A stretch of 64,000 nucleotides of DNA, taken from assembly GCA_964016885.1 (NCBI GenBank), contig OZ024743.1:86490001-86554000 (forward strand). The letters are read 5' to 3'. Position numbers and translations under genes: made by a program. The number at the start of each line of letters is the position of its first letter. Position 1 is the first letter of the stretch. The DNA is from Eledone cirrhosa (Eukaryota). The notes below the pieces were generated by a model. It was not told the DNA's origin and did not search any database. It worked only from the letters and a program-made list of their open reading frames with translations. Of this stretch, positions 57,084 through 64,000 are shown one piece after another.

Positions 57084-58040
57084 ATTATTTCTCACTTCTC
57101 CATATACATTATCATTACTTTTTCACCAATCTCTCATTTACTCTTTATTCTTTATTCTCTATTTATTTATTTATTTTCAAATTACTTATTTTCATATTAA
57201 TTATTTTATTTTATTATATTATTTATTTATTTTCTGTTTTCTTCATTTATTGCCTTATATTTCTTCATATACATGAAAGAACCCCCCCCCCCACCACCAC
57301 CACCACTACAATGGTGATGGGAGGGATGAAGAGAAAACACAAACTGGATACTTCTAAATTGTTAGCAGCAGCAAGATATAAGCTGACCACTACAACAACA
57401 ACAGTACCAAAATAATGGTGGAGGTCAAATGTACTGAACAATAGCAGGCAAAAACACTACAGGGAGCCTCACCCCAGAAAGAATTCTATAGACTTCTGAC
57501 TGAGGAATGCTCTCAGAACTGAACAATGGGAAGTTTGACACTTTTTTTGTTATTTTGTTCCTTTAACACCTTGTCCCTTCTACCATTTTATCAATTTTAA
57601 AGCTAACTCCAACAATAACAACACTTAGAATGAGGAATGTTCTAATAACTGACCAATGAGAGGAGAAGGGGACCTGTGACACGAAAATTCGTTTGTTTGA
57701 ATTCATATGACTCCAGTTCCCCAGTGAATTAACAACCCAACAAGGAACTGGGCATATCAGAGTATTGACAATATCATACACCTAAACAACATATGTACTT
57801 GTCTATACCATACTAATTCAAACTGCCTGAAGAGGTCACATATAGCAGTAATAAACGAAGCTAAATTTTAATCATTTGACTTTTATTTAACTTTATTTTA
57901 CACTACTCCGGAGTAACCAAACCAACCTGCGCACTTCGTCGAGTGCTCCAGCCTGCATACTGAGGTGTTGGTATACAACCAACATAAACTCAAAATCTCT
58001 CTCTCTCTCTCTCTCTCACTCTCTCTCTCTCTCTCTCTCT

Positions 58041-58109
<69 letters not shown>

Positions 58110-58114
<5 letters not shown>

Positions 58115-58320
58115 CGAAGGAAGTGTGGTAAGGAACCGAGTGGACCATAACGCACCAGAGTACTCGGGTAGTAGAGTGGCTAATAGGAAAAGAGTCAGGA
58201 CCCCGATGGCTGAGCTCTGGCCGTTTCAACAGCTAGATCTGAACTAACCCAATAGTTAGTTTGGATCTAGCTGTCGAAACGGCCGGAGCTCAGCCGTCGG
58301 GGTCCTGACACTTTTCCTAT
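58110..58320. mobile_element. Fold-back pLTR fragment: hairpin 58183-58320 made of two hammerhead 3' halves
   Basis: Loop CCAATA at 58249-58254. Right arm GATCTAGCTGTC-GAAA-CGGC-CGGAGCTCA-GCCGTC-GGGG; no CUGANGA. Confidence 0.8.
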
Positions 58321-58573
58321 CTATATATATATAGCTCCTATCTATATATATATAGCTTGTCTGTATCGTGGTGCTCCGAACTCTCTGTATCAAACCGGGG
58401 AATATACAGGCTTTATATACCTGTCGCTTTCTGTCTCCCACCTCGAGGGGATAGCCCACGCATGAACCTGTTTACACCAAAAGGGTGGTGACCTAGAGTT
58501 TGACCTTTAGGTGTCACCCAAGGTTCAAGGCGTGGACAGATTTCGCTACACGTACATAGTCAGGAATTTCGAA

Positions 58574-59208
58574 CCCAGTGTGTTACTGGTACTTTATTTT
58601 ATCGACCCCGTAATGATGAAAGACAAAGCTAACCTCGGTGGGATTAGAACTAAGAAGGTGCAGGGCCGTAACTATATGCCGCAAAGTATATTGTCCATCG
58701 CACTACCGATACACCTTATATATAATTGTTTCTACTTTTGGCACAAGGCCAGCTGTTATTAAAATAATTGTTTCTACTTTAGGCACAAGCCCACCAATTT
58801 TCGGGGAGGAGAAAGTCGATTAAATCGACCCCAGTATTTACTGCTACTTTATTTTATCGATCCCGTAAGGATGAAAGGCAAAGCTAACTCCAGCCGGATT
58901 TTAACTCAGAACGTAAAGAACCGTAACTTTATGTCGCTAAGCATGTTGTCCGACGCTAAAATAATTGTTTCTACTTTGGGCACAAGGCGAGCAATTATCC
59001 CAGTGTATTACTGGTACTTTATTTTATCGACCCCGTAGGGATGAAAGGCAAAGTTAACCCCGGCGGGATTTGAACTCAGATCATAAAGGGCCAGAGCTCT
59101 ATGCTGCAAAGCATGGCGTCCGACCCTCTACCGATACTGCTATACATATAATAATTGTTTCTACTTTTGGCACAAGGCCAGCAATTATCCCAGAGCATTA
59201 CTGGTACG
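58574..59208 (-). mobile_element. Tandem/nested cluster of 3 larger SINE copies plus 2 tail fragments
   Basis: ATAATTGTTTCTACTTT(T/A/G)GGCACAAG recurs at ~58722, 58764, 58961, 59151 with cores between. Confidence 0.88.
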
Positions 59209-59839
59209 TTTGATAATAATAAACACACACACAAACAAATATATGAATATATCTGAATATATATGTGTATGTTAGTATACCCAAGCAATATTGCTATAAC
59301 AACACTACGCCCTGAGCTTATGACATGGTCAGACTCAATAAAAAAATCTTTGATTTTTTATTTGACACTCCCTTGGGAAGGCAGTATGTTGTGGACATAC
59401 TACATAAAATATGACGAACTAATAAGTCGTATATAGGTCAAGGCTACTTCCAGTTGAGGTGCAATGTTGCGGATTTGTGGCTAGATTTACCATGTCCCAC
59501 TTATAAGGCTTGGAAAAGAGAGTAGAAAGGTAATGTCAGAACTGGAGATTAGAGATTAGGGAACTGGAAAAGTTTTATTATAGATATGGCAAAAGCATTT
59601 AAGTAAATTAAAAAAAAACAGCACTGAGAGCAGAGAGCAACCCCTCATCAAGGAGAAAACATTATAATTCCTGAATGATGGAAGTGGTTACAACAGCATC
59701 ATGATTCTGGTAATAGGAGTGTGGATAATGAGGGTAATTGCGTTACAGCGTGGAGCATAAGACTCGTTGCAGGGAGTGATAATGTCGGAAGGTTTCCGAA
59801 ATCGTACAGATCTTGAATATATACACATCCATCCATCCA

Positions 59840-59983
<144 letters not shown>

Positions 59984-59989
59984 GTTACA

Positions 59990-60067
59990 ACTACTTCAGC
60001 TGATGAACGAACTGGACGTTTCTGTTAGCATCGTCTAGCTTCCTGAAACCTTTGGTAATGAAATAGT
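59990..60067 (+). ncRNA. Type I hammerhead ribozyme in a ~110-bp island after (AT)n
   Basis: ACTACTTCAG-CTGATGA-ACGAACTGGACG..CGTCTAGCTTCCT-GAA-ACCTTTGGT-A-ATGAAATAGT. Confidence 0.75.
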
Positions 60068-60098
60068 GTGTTGTTTACTATTTAATTTTATGTATATA

Positions 60099-60353
<255 letters not shown>

Positions 60354-60428
60354 TTATATATTTACATACATATAGATAAATATATATACTTACATATATA
60401 CATATATATTTACATATATACATACATC

Positions 60429-60483
<55 letters not shown>

Positions 60484-60891
60484 ATGAAAAAAATGAAATT
60501 TCATTTCTCACTCTTAGTACCGCTGATACTTAAATATAAATGTTCGGTAAACCCATACGTATATATGTGTGCATGTATGTATGTATATACATGTATGTAT
60601 ATACATACTACTGTACGTCTGTATACATATACATACTTATATATATATATATATACGTCTGTATACATATAAATACTTATATATATATATATATATACTT
60701 ATATATATGTATATATATATATATATACATATATACATATATATGTATATATATATATATTTACTTATATATATGTATATATATACATATATATATACAT
60801 ATATATGTATATATATATATACTTATATACATGTATATATATGTATATATACATATATATATATGTATATATATATATACTTATATGTATG

Positions 60892-61405
<514 letters not shown>

Positions 61406-61581
61406 TACTTATATATATGTATATATATACATATATATATATACATATATATGTACATATATACATATATATACATATATATGTATACATATATATATAC
61501 TTATATATATGTATATATATACATATATATATGTATATATATATATATACATATATATATATAAATATATATACATATATA

Positions 61582-61613
<32 letters not shown>

Positions 61614-61707
61614 CTTATATATATGTATATTTATATATACATATATATTTATATATATATACTTATATATATGTATATTTATATATACATATATATATAT
61701 ATACATA

Positions 61708-61789
<82 letters not shown>

Positions 61790-61792
<3 letters not shown>

Positions 61793-61895
61793 GTTAATCC
61801 GGGTTGAATCGGAGGTAACCACAGTAAGTAAGGTACTCAATACATTGCAGAGTATAAACAGTACTAGTCCTGTAGAATCTCATCTATATTAAAAC
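61790..61895. mobile_element. Rearranged tail of the 35388 pLTR family
   Basis: 61790-61860 is the reverse complement of 35453-35522; 61864-61895 matches 35422-35454. Confidence 0.75.
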
Positions 61896-61932
61896 TATAT
61901 ATATATATAACACCAATCAAACCCCTTTTATA

Positions 61933-61977
61933 GCTCTGACGAATCCTACGGTTACGTAAGGAAGTAACATTGTAAGC
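61933..61977 (+). ncRNA. Degenerate hammerhead (GAAA to GTAA), related to 41634
   Basis: GCT-CTGACGA-ATCCTACG-GTTA-CGTAAGGAA-GTA-ACATTGT-A-AGC-CAATAAAA. Confidence 0.6.
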
Positions 61978-62605
61978 CAATAAAAATCTTTTGATGTTGT
62001 AGACGCTCTTGTGTTCTTTATCACATGTATATATATATATATATACATATATATGTATATATATATATATATATAAATAGACATATATATGTATATATAT
62101 ATATATATACATATATATGTATATATATATATACATATATATGTATATATATATGTATATATATCTGGTAAGATCTGGGTCATCGCTTGCTACATTGGAT
62201 GTCGAAAGATAATCGTCCCCAGGCAGGCCAAAGGTCAATCCGCAGTCCTCGCGACCCCTCTCTGACCGTCAGATCATCCATATACGTACAACCCGCACCG
62301 CAGTTGCAATGCATTCACTCACTGCGCTCAGCAGCCCGGTCCTACTGGTCAACAGCGCTACTCGATTAAATCATTTTACATCTGTCTAAGGAAGGTGTTT
62401 CCTCTGCCCAACACTATCCAACCGATCAATTCATGCTCAAATTACCCTTAGAGCGGTGTAGTGCCGTTCAAGTGGGTGGATGTTGTCACACCTGCCGTAG
62501 AGGTATAAATGGGTATTTTCCCTGCGAAGGGTTCCGGAGGGATGTCGTTGTTTGTGTTATAAAGGATCAGCTAGTGTTGGGTATATATATATAATGAAGG
62601 AAATA

Positions 62606-62801
62606 TATAACGAAGGAATTGTGGTAAGGAACCAGATGGACCATAACGCACCAGAGTACTCAATACTTAGGGTAGTAGAGTAGGTAATAGGAAAAAGAAT
62701 GACCCCAACGGCAGAGCACAAGCCGTTTCGACGGCTATTTCTGGACTCCAGAAATAGCCATCGAAACGGCTTGAGCTCTGCCGTCGAGGTCATTTTTTTT
62801 T
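62606..62801. mobile_element. Fold-back pLTR fragment: hairpin 62692-62801 of two hammerhead 3' halves
   Basis: Centre TCTGGA-C-TCCAGA at 62746; arm GAAA-CGGC-TTGAGCTCT-GCCGTC-GAGG. Confidence 0.8.
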
Positions 62802-62803
62802 CA

Positions 62804-62854
<51 letters not shown>

Positions 62855-63575
62855 TACATACTTATACGCACACATACATTTATATGTGTATGTGTGAACC
62901 TGTACAGACACAAAAAAATATACACCTGGGCTGGTGATAAAAAACCATACACAAACGCACACACACACACACACATACACACATACTGCATACAAAATAC
63001 TTCAAAAGCAGCAAAAGAAGGGGGAGACAGAGGCTTATTGCTGGCGAAACAAACCAAAATGAGAGAGAGAATAAAAAGTGAGAGAGTGTAAAGATAGAGA
63101 CAGAGTGAAAGAGAAGGGGAGAGAGTAAAAAGGGAGAGAGAAAGTAAAGATAGAGAGAGTAAAGAGAGAGAGTGAAAGAGTAAAGAGGAGGAGAAAGAGA
63201 AATTGCAGGTGGGTGAATCAAATGAGAATGAATGAGAGAGAAAGACTGACAGTTTGAGAGAAAGAGAAAGAGAGAAAGACAGACAGTGAGAGAGAGATAA
63301 AGAGAAAGAAAGAGAGTGAGATAAAGACAGACAGACTGACAGTGTGAGAGAAAGAGAAAGAGAGAGAAAGACAGACAGTGAGAGAGAGAGATAAAGAGAG
63401 TGAGAGATGGTTATTAAAAGAGAAGGTTGTAAGGAGGAAGAGAGGCGATAAGTGTTAAGAAAACAAAACAGTGACAGTGGAAAAGTGGAGTTAAAGACGA
63501 AACATGTACAGTTCTACATCACACCTGAGTGTCGACTATAAACTGTTTCAAATCCAAAACAGGTGAGTCTATATA

Positions 63576-63612
<37 letters not shown>

Positions 63613-63744
63613 TTATATTGTTTTTGTAAAAAACGATATTTCTTATATATATATATATATATATATATACTCTTTTTTATATATATATACATATATATAC
63701 ATATATAACTTTTTATATTATTTTTGTAAAAAACGATATTTCTT

Positions 63745-63798
<54 letters not shown>

Positions 63799-63839
63799 GA
63801 TATATTAACAAATGGAAACTATATTTATAAAACCATATT

Positions 63840-63904
63840 TATTTCATTATACATATTTCAAGGACACCAAGTTAAATTATGGTGTGCTTTCATCAGATAA
63901 AATA
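63840..63904 (-). ncRNA. Type I hammerhead ribozyme (AT-rich family, element 63798-63978)
   Basis: Minus: TATTTTAT-CTGATGA-AAGCACACCAT..TTGGTGTCCTT-GAA-ATATGTAT-A-ATGAAATA. Confidence 0.85.
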
Positions 63905-64000
63905 TAATATAGATCAGTTTTATAAATAAATATTGACATACCCTTAAAAGAATGCGACCATTTCTGTTGGAAGCTCCCATATATATATATATATATATAT

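Larger units (their letters stand above)
52908..57997 (+). mobile_element. Full-length but degenerate Penelope-like (Naiad-type) element with inverted 5' pLTR
   Basis: 52908-53640 is the reverse complement of ~57170-57900 (identical spurious ORFs 53054+ and 57563-). 53643-53704 directly repeats 57936-57997. Flanked by (AT)n and (CT)n(AT)n. Confidence 0.93.

Noticed and set aside
53054-57781. Duplicated 72-aa ORF (MYDIVNTL...) on opposite strands
   Set aside because: By-product of the inverted pLTR; no protein features.

Overview
Eukaryotic, gene-poor, repeat-dense DNA. The tRNA-derived SINE family resembles that of octopod cephalopods (from recall, not database-checked). Bases 1-23222 are a 14-bp satellite (CAGATAGAGTGTAA/G) with ~3-3.8 kb higher-order repeats and one 45-bp retro-insertion with a 9-bp TSD; the long ORFs there and the YIYI ORFs elsewhere are artefacts. 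The remaining ~41 kb is a mosaic of (AT)n/(AC)n microsatellites, four Penelope-like retroelements (RT with GLYRDD plus C-terminal GIY-YIG, Naiad-type; three flanked by inverted pseudo-LTRs), about 14 SINE copies or fragments, several non-autonomous Helitrons and an RTE LINE tail. No host gene exon could be supported. The strongest signal, invisible in the ORF track, is more than 20 type I hammerhead ribozyme motifs from about 10 sequence families, folded by eye. Many lie in tiny ORF-less fold-back elements inserted in (AT)n, whose truncation or inversion breakpoints repeatedly fall inside the ribozyme, especially helix II. They show recurrent core variants (U3-A8 swap, U10.1/U11.1 mismatch), palindromic helix III (dimer-type), and often AATAAA just 3' of the predicted cleavage site.
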